Positions 23,537 to 34,841 of a stretch of DNA of 64,000 bases are shown in pieces (the stretch's first letter is position 1; the number at the start of each line of letters is the position of its first letter). A model generated the notes under the pieces. It ran no database searches, was not told where the DNA came from, and saw only the letters and a list, made by a program, of their open reading frames with translations. Where the stretch lies: positions 1-64,000 of the forward strand of contig NIVC01001060.1 in NCBI GenBank assembly GCA_002269645.1. Reading direction: 5' to 3'. A program made the position numbers and the translations under genes. This DNA is from Macrostomum lignano. Taxonomy: Eukaryota.

Positions 23537-24436
23537 ATGGCAGCCACTTTAGACATTCGTTTGAAGCGTATTAACAAAACCTACACCGATGGCGACACAA
23601 TCTCCGGCTATGCCGTGATTCGTTGCAAACAAGACTGCGGTCACAATGGTCTCACATTGAATCTGACTGGCACAGTGAGCATGCAGCTTAGCTCAAAAAA
23701 TGTCGGAGTATTCGAAGCATTCTATAACAGTATCAAGCCGATTCAACTGACCGGAGCCACACTAGAACTAGCTAAGCCTGGCAAATTCACCACCGGATTA
23801 ACAGAAATCCCATTTGAAATACCGTTCAAATCCAAGGGTAACAAAACACTGTATGAGACATACCACGGAGTGTTCATTAACATTCAGTACGTGCTTCAGT
23901 TGGACTTGAAACGCTCTCTATTGAACAAAGATCTCAGCAAAACTTGCGAATTCTTAGTCGAATACAATCCAAAGAATTCTGGCCAACCGAGCTCGCAGAC
24001 GCCAGTAACTTTCGCCATCAGCCCGGACAGTGTAGTCAATGTTCAGAACAAGGCCAGTCTACCGAAATTTCGCGTCACCGGCCAACTCACATCGAGTCAC
24101 ATTAGTATTTCTGAGCCACTGAGTGGCGAGCTAGTCATTGAGCAGTGCGCTACTCGGATTAAAAGTGTAGAACTGCAGCTGGTACGCGTAGAGACCTGCG
24201 GCTGTCTGGAAGGCTACGCTAAAGAGACTACTGAGATACAGAATATCCAAGTGGCTGATGGAGACGCTCCCAGAGGGATTAAAATCCCTCTGCACATGGT
24301 GCTGCCGCGTCTGTTCACCTGTCCGAGCGTTTCGGCTACCAATTTCCGAATCGAATTCGAAGTCAACATTGTTGTCGTGTTTCAAGACGACTATTTGGTG
24401 TCTGAAAATATTCATATTCGTGTTAGTAGATTCTGA
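23537..24436 (+). CDS. VPS26C: Retriever subunit VPS26C (DSCR3), intronless, 299 aa
   Basis: TLDIRLKRINKTY, YETYHGVFINIQY, SVELQLVRVETCGCLEGYAKETTEIQNIQVADGD, LPRLFTCP; TTTTCAG acceptor ending at 23517. Confidence 0.96.
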   Translation: MAATLDIRLKRINKTYTDGDTISGYAVIRCKQDCGHNGLTLNLTGTVSMQLSSKNVGVFEAFYNSIKPIQLTGATLELAKPGKFTTGLTEIPFEIPFKSKGNKTLYETYHGVFINIQYVLQLDLKRSLLNKDLSKTCEFLVEYNPKNSGQPSSQTPVTFAISPDSVVNVQNKASLPKFRVTGQLTSSHISISEPLSGELVIEQCATRIKSVELQLVRVETCGCLEGYAKETTEIQNIQVADGDAPRGIKIPLHMVLPRLFTCPSVSATNFRIEFEVNIVVVFQDDYLVSENIHIRVSRF

Positions 24437-24574
24437 TCTGTTGAAGTTGATGATTTAAAACAATTCCTAATTTAAAAGCGATGGTTCTGTAAACGTCTAT
24501 GTAAAAAGGCTGGCTATTGAATTAGATAACGAAGTAGACGGTGTCCGTTGAATGCCATTTTTGTCTAATTAACA

Positions 24575-24699
24575 GACACTTAGACAGGCAGACAGAAAGG
24601 CGGGCAGACAGACTGTCAGACTGACAAACATACTGACAGACAGACACGCAGACAGACAGGCAGGCAGGCAGACAGACAGGCAGACAGGCAGACAAAGGC

Positions 24700-24736
<37 letters not shown>

Positions 24737-24849
24737 GGCAGACAAAGGCAGGCAGACAGACAGACAGACAGACAGACAGACAGGCAGACAAAGGCAGGCA
24801 GATAGGCAGGCAGACAGACAGGCAGACAGAAAGGCAGACAAAGGCAGGC

Positions 24850-24886
<37 letters not shown>

Positions 24887-24903
24887 GGCAGACAAAGGCA
24901 GGC

Positions 24904-24936
<33 letters not shown>

Positions 24937-25103
24937 GGCAGACAAAGGCAGGCAGATAGGCAGGCAGACAGACAGGCAGACAGAAAGGCAGACAAAGGCA
25001 GGCAGACAGATAGGCAGACAGACAGACAGGCAGACAGACAGGCTGACAGAAAGGCAGGCAGATAGATAGGCAGGCAGACAGACAGGCAGACAGAAAGGCA
25101 GGC

Positions 25104-25136
<33 letters not shown>

Positions 25137-25264
25137 CTAAGACAGACTGTCAGACTGACAAACATACTGACAGACAGGCAGACAGACAGACAGGCTGACA
25201 GAAAGGCAGGCAGATAGATAGGCAGGCAGACAGACAGGCAGACAGAAAGGCAGGCAGACAGACC

Positions 25265-25300
<36 letters not shown>

Positions 25301-25495
25301 CTAAGACAGACTGTCAGACTGACAAACATACTGACAGACAGACAGGCAGAAAGGCAGGCAGACAGACAGATAGACAGGCAGGCAGGCAGACAGAAATGCA
25401 GGCAGACAGAAAGGCAGCCAGACAGACCGACAGATAGATGGACTGACTGACTGACTGACACTCAGATAGACGGATACACAGACAGACAGACAGCC
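24575..25495. repeat. (GACA/GGCA)n compound microsatellite with internal block duplications
   Basis: Visible. Confidence 0.95.
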
Positions 25496-26204
25496 TCTAA
25501 CATTCAGCATTCACAGGACAATTTCATTCGTGTTAACTACAATCAACGCACCTTCCTAAAATGCTTCCTAATTTTCATAGAACTTGGAAACATAAAAACA
25601 CGCAGAAAACGTTATATTGCCATTCGCAGTTATTTTGCGACAACACGTTAAGATTTGTTGGTTTCTGCCATAGACAGTAGCGCTCAACAAAACAAATGTG
25701 ATTAAAGTATATGTGCTAATTTATAGGAAAGCTCGTTAAGTCCTATCTTAAGCAAATTTAATCCTGATTAATTCAATCCTAGTACTGTGAGAAAAAACTA
25801 TCAAATTTTGTTGTTTAATAGCACCAGAGTATTAAAAATTGCTTAGCTTTTATCACATATATCTACAGATTGATGGACACTAAAAAATTGCTAATCATCC
25901 TGTATACTTACAGTAGTCAGTCGCTAATTTGCATAATTTTACAGTAGGACTGTGCTAAAAATATTTTACTAAAGTACTCGTAATCCCGAGTCCTAATTCA
26001 ATAAATCATTATGTAATAGTGTTCATCATCTATAGCAGTACATGTATCTTTGATTATTGATTTTTTTACATTTATACGCTCGTAAAAGTTGGATTTTCTA
26101 TTTTTACATTTACCTTTGTGCTAGGATTTAGATTGATTGTCATCAACTGATATCATATATTAGAGATGTTGTTAAGTTCATGTATTTGCAACTGTTTTAT
26201 GGAA

Positions 26205-26480
26205 GACAGACAGGCTGACAGACAGACAGAAAGACAGGCTGACAGACAGACAGGCTGACAGACAGACAGGCGGAAAGACGACACTAAGACAGGCAGACAG
26301 ACAGACACTAAGACAGACAGACAGACAGACACACTAAGACACTAAGACAGACAGACAGACAGACACACTAAGACACTAAGACAGACACACTAAGGCACTA
26401 AGACAGACAGACAGACATACTAAGACACTAAGACAGACAGACAGACAGACACTAAGACAGACAGACAAACAGACAGAAAG
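26205..26480. repeat. (GACA)n / ACACTAAG compound repeat
   Basis: Visible. Confidence 0.9.
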
Positions 26481-26556
26481 CGTGATACTAATACTGATAT
26501 TTTCAATCACATACTACTAATATACATCCATAATTCCGCCGCTGCCGTCAGCAGAG

Positions 26557-26571
26557 ATGAATCGCCAGTAG
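26557..26571 (+). promoter_or_regulatory. uORF1 (M-N-R-Q-stop) of the ATF4-like leader
   Basis: ATG AAT CGC CAG TAG. Confidence 0.65.
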
Positions 26572-26646
26572 CCCCAGCTACACCGCTGCGCCCCGAAAGG
26601 CCAGACAGTCAAAGAAACGCAACGAAAACCCAACACAGACGCCAAC

Positions 26647-26823
26647 ATGGCCACCTTTACCTGCCAGTCAACTCAGTGCTCAAAGTACAACAAGACTACT
26701 GCTACTAATACTACTACTACTACCAAGCATAATCACTTCTGCAAGCATGACTGCCAACATGGCTTCAATGGTGACTCCGCCAATGACGGATGCCAGTGGT
26801 GGAGATTTCTCTTCATATCTTAA
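26647..26823 (+). promoter_or_regulatory. uORF2 (58 aa), overlapping the main ORF out of frame by 77 nt
   Basis: GCCAACATGG context; open to TAA at 26821-26823; spans main-frame ATGs at 26747, 26759, 26768 and 26783. Confidence 0.7.
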
Positions 26824-27947
26824 TCTCTGTCAGGATGCTCGTCACGCTGAGCAAGGCGTTGAGCTGCTCCTGTCATCCGCATCAGTTTGGCTAACTGATT
26901 CGCTGTTGCCAAAGTCCGGCCCAGCCTCCCATCGTACGGACGATGATGATGAAGTGTCATCGGTGCTTGACGGCTTCCCTAGCAACAGTGCCGTTGCTGA
27001 TGACGCCGAGATGGATAGTATTTTCCCATTTCTAACGCCAGAATCGGCAGATACTGCTGGTGCTTCGGCTGTTCGCGACTGTCTTCTCGACTTGGACGGT
27101 GTCGACTTTGATGTCGATGAGTTGATGCCGCCGGATCGACCGGTTTTCGACGATGGTGATGATGACGACGCAGATGAAGATTTGGTGATGTCATCGTCAT
27201 TGACGTCGTCTGTCGATCAGACGCCACCGCCGCAGGTGCTGCCTCGCAGAGGCAGAGGCAAAGGCGGCGGTTTCGGCAGGAAGTCGAAATCTTCTAATAT
27301 GAGGACTAAAGGCGAGGCTAATCGAGAGGCTGCCTATCGGTTAGTTGCTAACTGATGCCCACTCTGTGTATTGCTGACTCCCCCTCTCGGACCCCCTCTG
27401 ACCTCTCGGGCCTCCCCCTCCCTGATCGCTCCCTCCCGGACCTCCCCCTCTCTGACATCCCCCTCGCCGACCTCTCCCTCTCGGACCTCCCCCTCTCTGA
27501 CCTACCCCTCTCTGATTACCCCTTCTCCGACCTCCCCCTCACTGACGTTCCCCTCTCTGACTCCCCCTCTTTAGCCTCCCCCTGATCTCTTCCTCTGTGA
27601 ACTCCCCTCTCTGATATTTCCTTTATCAAGTCTACACGCCCCAACAGTCGCACACACAACGCCAAGCCCTGCCCCCCGCCCTCAGATACAGAGCAAAGCA
27701 ACGCCAATCCAACTCGCTGGCCAAGTCCCGACACTCGCAACTGGTTGCCGACAATCAACGTCTGGAAGCTGAAGTGGCATCGGCCGAGAGCCAACTGCAG
27801 TTCCTGCTGCACCTGTGCCGCAGGAGGCCAACGCCAGCTAAGAAGCGACTGCAGCTAAGAATTTTAGAGGCCGATGAAGATTGCGATCCACCGCAGCTGG
27901 GTTCGAAACCCAAACTTATCACCATGGTTTTTAAACACCGGGTTTGA
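26747..27947 (+). CDS. ATF4: ATF4/ATF5-like bZIP transcription factor, 2 exons, ~284 aa
   Basis: Exons 26747-27339 and 27686-27947 join to give KGEANREAAYRYRAKQR..QLVADNQRLEAEVASAESQLQFLLHL (compare ATF4 EQNKTAATRYRQKKR..IQYLKDL); acidic N-terminal region. Confidence 0.75.
27365..27620. repeat. 15-bp C-rich minisatellite (CCTCCCCCTCTCTGA-type), bZIP intron
   Basis: Visible. Confidence 0.85.
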
Positions 27948-28254
27948 ACTGGTGCGAAATCGGTGGTCTAGTTTTTGTGCTTCTGTTCGTCCTTTAATGT
28001 TCCCTCGCCGACAGACATTGATCAAGGGATTCTGTTTCTTTTTTTAAATGATAAACTAACCTATCATTATAGTTTTATTAGTTTCCTGTTTGATAACTTT
28101 TGTCGATCTTTTCGTATATATGCTTCTAAATCTTTGTTGTGTGAGCTATTGATAAAAAAGTGTACTTTCCTTTCTATCCACTTTATTAAATCGTTTTTTT
28201 AATAGTTCTTAGAATCGCCCCTAAATCAATCCTGAGAAAGCAATTAAATCGTTA

Positions 28255-29390
28255 TGAGAATCGCACCAATCTACCCGGAGAATCACGCCAATCTACCCCG
28301 AGAATCACCCCAATCTACCCTGAGAATCACCCCAATCTACCCTGAGAATCACCCCAATCTACTCTGAGAATCACCTCAATTTACCCTGAGAATCAACCCC
28401 AATCTACCCTGAGAATCACCCCCAATCTACCCTGAGAATCGCCCCAATCTACCCTGAGAATCACCCCAATCTACTCTGAGAATCGCCTCAATTTACCCTG
28501 AGAATCAACCCCAATCTACCCTGAGAATCAACCCCAATCTACCCTGAGAATCACCCCAATCTACTCTGAGAATCACCCCAATCTACCCTGAGAATCACCC
28601 CAATCTACCCTGAGAATCACTCCAATCTACCCTGAGAATCACCCCCAATCTACCCTGAGAATCGCCCCAATCTACCCTGAGAATCAACCCCAATCTACCC
28701 TGAGAATCGCCTCAATCTACCCTGAGAATCAACCCAAATCTACCCTGAGAATCACCCCAATCTACCCTGAGAATCACCCCCAATCTACCCTGAGAATCAC
28801 CCCAATCTACTCTGAGAATCACCCCAATCTACCCTGAGAATCGCCCCAATCTACCATGAGAATCGCTCATTTGTCTACCTGAGAATCACCTGAATCTACC
28901 GGGAGAATCGCCCTAATCGACCCGGAGAATCGCTCATTTGTCTACCTGAGAATCGCTCATTTGTCTACCTGAGAATCGCTCATTTGTCTACCCTGAGAAT
29001 CGCCCCAATCTACCCTGAGAATCGCCCCAATCTACCCTGAGAATCGCTCATTTGTCTACCTGAGAATCGCCCCAATCTACCCTGAGAATCGCTAATTTGT
29101 CTACCTGAGAATCGCCCCAATCTACCCTGAGAATCGCTCATTTGTCTACCTGAGAATCGCTCCAATCTACCCTGAGAATCGCCCCAATCTACCCGGAGAA
29201 TCGCTCATTTGTCTACCTGAGAATCACCTGAATCTACCGGGAGAATCGCCCTAATCGACCCGGAGAATCGCCCCAATCTACCCTGAGAATCGCTTATTTG
29301 TCTACCTGAGAATCGCCCCAATCTACCCGGAGAATCGCTCATTTGTCAACCTGAGAATCACCCCAATCTACTCTGAGAATCGCCCCAATC
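28255..29390. repeat. 22-23-bp minisatellite (CCCTGAGAATCACCCCAATCTA)n
   Basis: Visible periodicity. Confidence 0.95.
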
Positions 29391-29834
29391 TCTTAAGGTA
29401 GCTCTCTTTTGAGCTATCTTTTTAGGTAGCTCATTAGCCTACCTAAAAACCGATTTTAAATCAATCCTGAGAATTGCTCCGAAACCGTTCTTAACATCGC
29501 TTATCAATTCATAATCGAGAATAGTTTTGTTATAACTGCATCTGATGTACGTCACGATCTATTTGCACTGTTTTCTTCGCAACGTATGCTTATTTATTAA
29601 CAAGGTCTTTTGAGTAATAACCACATTTTGGTTATTGTCAACATCTAATTGATTAGACAAATATATATATATCTCCCTCTTCATACAAAATCGGTTACGA
29701 GTATTGTTTATAAGTGGTGCAATTGATTTACCAGCTCTGGGCTCCACCTGACCCGAACTAAATGTAAATGACATGTTGTTTATCCACTGGTAGTGCTGCT
29801 TTTTCAGTTACTATTCATTGTGACCGTGTCAGTC

Positions 29835-31922
29835 GGGGTGCCAAATGGAGTGTCATATGGAGTGTCAAACGGGGTGCCAAATGGAGTGCCAAATGAAGTG
29901 CCAAATGGAATGTCAAACGGGGTATCAAATGGAGTGTCAAATGGAATGTCAAACGGGGTGTCAAATGGAGTGCCAAATAGAGTGCCAAATTGGGTGTCAA
30001 ATGGAGTGCCAAATAGAATTTCAAACGGGGTGTCAAATGGAGTGCCAAATGGAATGTCAAACTGGGTGTCAAATGGAGTGCCAAATGCGGTGTCAAATGG
30101 AGTGTCAAATGGAGTGCCAAATGGAATGTCAAACTGTGTGTCAAATGGAGTGCCAAATGAAGTGCCAAATAGAGTGCCAAATGGAATGTCAAACTGTGTG
30201 TCAAATGGAGTGCCAAATGGGGTGTCAAATGGAGTGTCAAATGGAGTGCCAAATGGAGTGCCAAATAGAGTGCCAAATAGAGTGCTAAATGGAATGTCAA
30301 ACTGGGTGTCAAATGGAGTGCCAAATGGGGTGTCAAATGGAGTGCCAAATGGAGTGCCAAACGGGGTGCCAAATAGAGTGCCAAATGGAATGTCAAATGG
30401 AGTGCCAAACGGAGTGCCAAATGGAGTGCCAAATGAAGTGCCAAATAGAGTGCCAAATGGAATGTCAAACTGGGTGTCAAATGGAGTGCCAAATGGAATG
30501 TCAAACTGGGTGTCAAATGGCGTGCCAAATGGAATGTCAAATGGAGTGCCAAATAGAATGTCAAACGGGGTGCCAAATGGAGTGCCAAATGGATTGCCAA
30601 ATGGGGTGTCAAATGGAATGTCAAATGGAGTGCCAAATGGAGTGCCAAATGGGGTGTCAAATGGAATGTCAAATGGAGTGCCAAATGGAATGTCAAACGG
30701 GGTGCCAAATGCAGTGCCAAATGGATTGCCAAATGGGGTGTCAAATGGAATGTCAAATGGGGTGTCAAATGGAGTGTCAAATGGATTGCCAAATGGAGTG
30801 CCAAATGGGGTGTCAAATGGAATGTCAAATGGAGTGCCAAATGGAATGCCAAACGGGGTGCCAAATGGAGTGCCAAATGGATTGCCAAATGGGGTGTCAA
30901 ATGGAATGTCAAATGGGGTGTCAAATGGAGTGTCAAATGGAGTGCCAAATGGAGTGCCAAATAGAGTGCCAAATGGAATGTCAAACTGGGTGTCAAATGG
31001 AGTGCCAAATGGGGTGTCAAATGGAGTGCCAAATGGAGTGCCAAACGGGGTGCCAAATAGATTGCCAAATGTAATGTCAAACTGGGTGTCAAATGGAGTG
31101 CCAAATGGGGTGTCAAATGGAGTGCCAAATGGAGTGCCAAACGGAGTGCCAAATGGAGTGCCAAATGAAGTGCCAAATAGAGTGCCAAATGGAATGTCAA
31201 ACTGGGTGTCAAATGGAGTGCCAAATGGAATGTCAAACTGGGTGTCAAATGGCGTGCCAAATGGAATGTCAAATGGAGTGCCAAATGGAATGTCAAATGG
31301 AGTGCCAAACGGAGTGCCAAATGGAGTGCCAAATGAAGTGCCAAATAGAGTGCCAAATGGAATGTCAAACTGGGTGTCAAATGGAGTGCCAAATGGAATG
31401 TCAAACTGGGTGTCAAATGGCGTGCCAAATGGAATGTCAAATGGAGTGCCAAATGGAATGTCAAATGGAGTGCCAAACGGAGTGCCAAATGGAGTGCCAA
31501 ATGAAGTGCCAAATAGAGTGCCAAATGGAATGTCAAACTGGGTGTCAAATGGAGTGCCAAATGGAATGTCAAACTGGGTGTCAAATGGCGTGCCAAATGG
31601 AGTGCCAAATGGAGTGCCAAATGGGGTGTCAAATGGAGTGCCAAATGGATTGCCAAATGGGGTGTCAAATGGAATGTCAAACGGGGTGTCAAATGGAGTG
31701 CCAAATGGAGTGCCAAATGGGGTGTCAAATGGAGTGCCAAATAGATTGCCAAATGGGGTGTCAAATGGAATGTCAAATGGGGTGTCAAATGGAGTGTCAA
31801 ACGGAGTGTTAAATGAAGTGCCAAATGGAGTGCCAAATGGGGTGTCAAATGGAGTGTCAAACGGAGTGTCAAATGAAGTGCCAAATGGAGTGCCAAATTG
31901 GGTGTCAAATGGAGTGTCAAAC
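29835..31922. repeat. 12-bp minisatellite (GTG(C/T)CAAATGGA)n, ~2.1 kb
   Basis: Uninterrupted 12-bp phase with higher-order blocks. Confidence 0.97.
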
Positions 31923-32139
31923 AGTATGCGCGCTGCTGTCATTTGATGCCAATTGACACCATGCATATCAGGCGGGCATGTAGGTTGCAGCTGAGAAGCT
32001 AAAAGCATACTTCTGCCAACTCTATCAATTCCCACCTATGCTTCTAGGCACATTCTCAAGACAAAAATTGTCAGTCAGCAGCCTCAGAAAATGAATCGCT
32101 TCTAAAGCGAAATAAGCAATATTTATGATCTGAGCTGCT

Positions 32140-32290
32140 TTAGAAATGCTTGAGCCAGTCTGTCAAAGCCACCTGCAAGTTTTCCTAGCAGAGTTCAAGG
32201 CGCTGTCAACTTCATCATGGATGTTCCCAGCATCCTTGGAACAGGGAATTTAAGCATAGAGCCATGCCAGTCAAACATTCTGAAAACCTT
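32140..32290 (-). mobile_element. Possible decayed RTE-clade LINE fragment
   Basis: Frameshifted minus-strand peptides GSML / DAGNIHDEVDSAL / AGGFDRL recall the post-RT LGS..DG.ID.EV..R..KA..AFGRL region. Confidence 0.35.
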
Positions 32291-32483
32291 TTTTTGCAGA
32301 CGGGGTAAGGCCTGAAGCGTAAAGCCTCTCAGTCCTTCTTGCTGTATTTTAACCAATCGGAGGTAAGACGCAACTGTAAACCTTTATAATGTATAAAATG
32401 GATTGCTGTGGTCTCAAACTTGTTAACTTCAATCCTTGACCTGCAACGCCTATAGAAAGCTGAAGAAAGTTTGTCAATATATC

Positions 32484-33233
32484 ATGTCGACATTTAAACT
32501 AATGTTGTTGCTTCTTCAAAGCGTTCTTAACAGCCTGTCGCTGCCAGCCCTGGCCCAGCTGTGCCCCTCGCCGTTCAGCCTTGAGGCCGGGAAGTGCATT
32601 TTCGTGAACAAGGTGAGAAGCTTCAGCTGGTGCGAGGCCAACCGGCAGTGCGCCATGATCGGAGGCGAGCTGCTCAACTCGTACAGCTCTCTGCAGCTGC
32701 TCAGCAGCATGCCGAGTTTCGCCTGCAGCTGCTACATTTGGTTTGGAGTGACCGACTTGGCTGATGAGAGATTCTCCAGCAGATCGGGCTGGCAATTGGT
32801 CAAGGGTAACGGCATCATGCCGCTGAATGACTCGCTATGGGCCACTTTATCCGAGCCAAACGAGAACACCTTTGAGAACTGCATCTTCCATGCATCCCAT
32901 GGCAAAATCCACAACAATCCATGCGCAGCTGAGCGCGGGTTCGCTTGCGAGTGGACTCCGAGTGCCGCTCAGCCGCTGCCAACTGCTGCCTCGTGGAAGC
33001 TGGCTCCGTTCAAGCGGACCAGCTACCACGCCAGCACTGAGTACTGCTACTCTGACCTGACCAATGTTCACTCCGAGCTGGCTTGTGTCATGTCAGCTTT
33101 CAATTCTGGCAACTGCAGACACGTGCTGTACAACAGCAAGCTGAGAGCCTGCCGCCTGCTGCTGTTCACCGACGCTCAGGTGGAGGCGGAGATCGAGACG
33201 AGCGCCGACTGGGTCAAGTTCAGCGTGTATTGA
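32484..33233 (+). CDS. Secreted C-type lectin with a C-terminal PAN/apple-like domain, intronless, 249 aa
   Basis: Signal peptide; SWCEANRQC, YIWFGVTD, EPN motif, ENC..NNPC..FACE; C-terminal C..SELAC..C.HVLYN...C pattern. Confidence 0.85.
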   Translation: MSTFKLMLLLLQSVLNSLSLPALAQLCPSPFSLEAGKCIFVNKVRSFSWCEANRQCAMIGGELLNSYSSLQLLSSMPSFACSCYIWFGVTDLADERFSSRSGWQLVKGNGIMPLNDSLWATLSEPNENTFENCIFHASHGKIHNNPCAAERGFACEWTPSAAQPLPTAASWKLAPFKRTSYHASTEYCYSDLTNVHSELACVMSAFNSGNCRHVLYNSKLRACRLLLFTDAQVEAEIETSADWVKFSVY

Positions 33234-33689
33234 ACAATATTGAAGCATTGAAGACGTGAGCAAATACTGAGCTTGAACTCTAATTATACAAACACTGATT
33301 TTTATCCAGAGGCGTCGCCACCGGGGGCAGGGGGGACATGTGACCCTCTTCAATAGAGTGCCTGCGGCGCTAAAATGACTCCAAAAATAATATGGGAATT
33401 TTTTCTTTACTTTCCTGGTTTTTGTTCCTGGTTTTTTCCTGGTTTTGTTCCCACACCATAAGAACCATATCATGGCGGCACTTCATGTTTTTGCAAGACG
33501 ATTTTTTTCTCTTAAAGCCAGTTATAATTATTTTTAGTTTGAAATCTAGCTTCTTGTATTTTTTTCTATTGTCTAAGCTGTCTGCACAAGGCCTATTCTA
33601 ACTGTTATACTGCATAGCACACTTCTACATGTACGAGCTACTTTGAGTTATTTTCATTTTCGAAGACAAATTATATCCATATCTCAACA

Positions 33690-33930
33690 GCAGTCACATT
33701 AATTTGGGGCTAAATTGGAATCTCGGCTTGGCTCTGCTCGTGCAATCAGCGCCCAGCTTGAGAGCCAACCCCCAAGGCACAGTGACGTGTACATGCCTAA
33801 CGATAAATAAAATTAGGGTCGCTGTACACTCACGCGTGTGTGAGTGTGTGCCTGCTCAGGGGAGTCGGCGGAATGGGCAGCAGTAATGCCTCTCGCCGGT
33901 TGTGTGACAATGTCGCTTAAAGTGCGCCAG
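33690..33930 (+). repeat. Dispersed repeat, copy A (inverted partner at 36768-37042)
   Basis: High identity to the reverse complement of 36768-37042. Confidence 0.85.
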
Positions 33931-34119
33931 TAAGCTGGTTTTGCGATATGCGGTTGGTCGCGCGCAGAACAAAAGAAATCAAGATACAATAAACGACTCA
34001 ACAGAATCAGCTGCTGCACGTACTACGAGGCTATAGCTATAATCGAATAAGCTATTTTCTGCTATTTTCATTTTCAGCAGCTGAAGACCCATTTGAGGGA
34101 TGAGTTTCAGCCAGCAGGG

Positions 34120-34290
34120 TTCATTGAGTAGTCTCTACCATGGTATTTAAAGCCCATTGCTAGAAAAGTAAAATTGATAGATGGTTTGATGCCAGGATTA
34201 GCTAATGCTTGCAGGAAGAGCATTCCATAATTTATTGATTTCAGTTTAACACTATTGAGGGTTTGGGTGGTTTTTCAAGCATAAAGATTG
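34120..34290 (-). mobile_element. Possible 3' fragment of a CR1/L2-type LINE
   Basis: Minus strand encodes KLWNALPASI, resembling the LWNxLP motif at the end of ORF2. Confidence 0.35.
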
Positions 34291-34576
34291 AATGGAATTA
34301 ATTACCTAATTTTGCGATATTGAATTTACTAGAAAGAAGAAACCTGCCGCTTTAAATTGACCCAAAAATTACGCGTCCGTTTTCGCTCTGGGATTAAAAG
34401 TGTCTGAACTTCCCGGACACATGAAAGACACCTGGACGTCCTACTCGAAGCGTGTTCAATGCAAGACTCTCCATCAAATCTGATTATGACTTATGGGGAA
34501 ATTGCTGAAATTCTGTGACTTACAAATTAGAACTCTGTTTCTTAATAATAATTAAATACACCTGCCCCAATTTGGC

Positions 34577-34841
34577 AGATGTGCAACCGACAGCTCAGCC
34601 GCAGCCATTGCGCGGCGCATCTGAAGGCTGCGTACGGCTGTTCAGTCCAAGGACTGGGGGGTCGCCACACAGCCTTAATTACCCCAGCTAATGCTGGCAC
34701 CCATTTTACAGCTGGGTGAACTGAAGCAATGCAGAGTTAAGTGCCTTGCTCAAGGACACAAATTGTTCTGAGTGGGTCGAGAATCGAACCCGCGACCTTC
34801 AAGTCGTGAGTCAGACGCTCTGACCACTAGGCTAGAACACC
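34577..34841 (-). mobile_element. tRNA-derived SINE, most complete copy
   Basis: Minus strand GGTGTTCTAGCCTAGTGGTCAGAGCG..GGTTCGATTCTCGACCCACTC..GTGTCCTTGAGCAAGGCAC..CAGTTCACCCAGCTGTAAAATGGGTGCC; tail shared with the 23237 copy. Confidence 0.88.
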
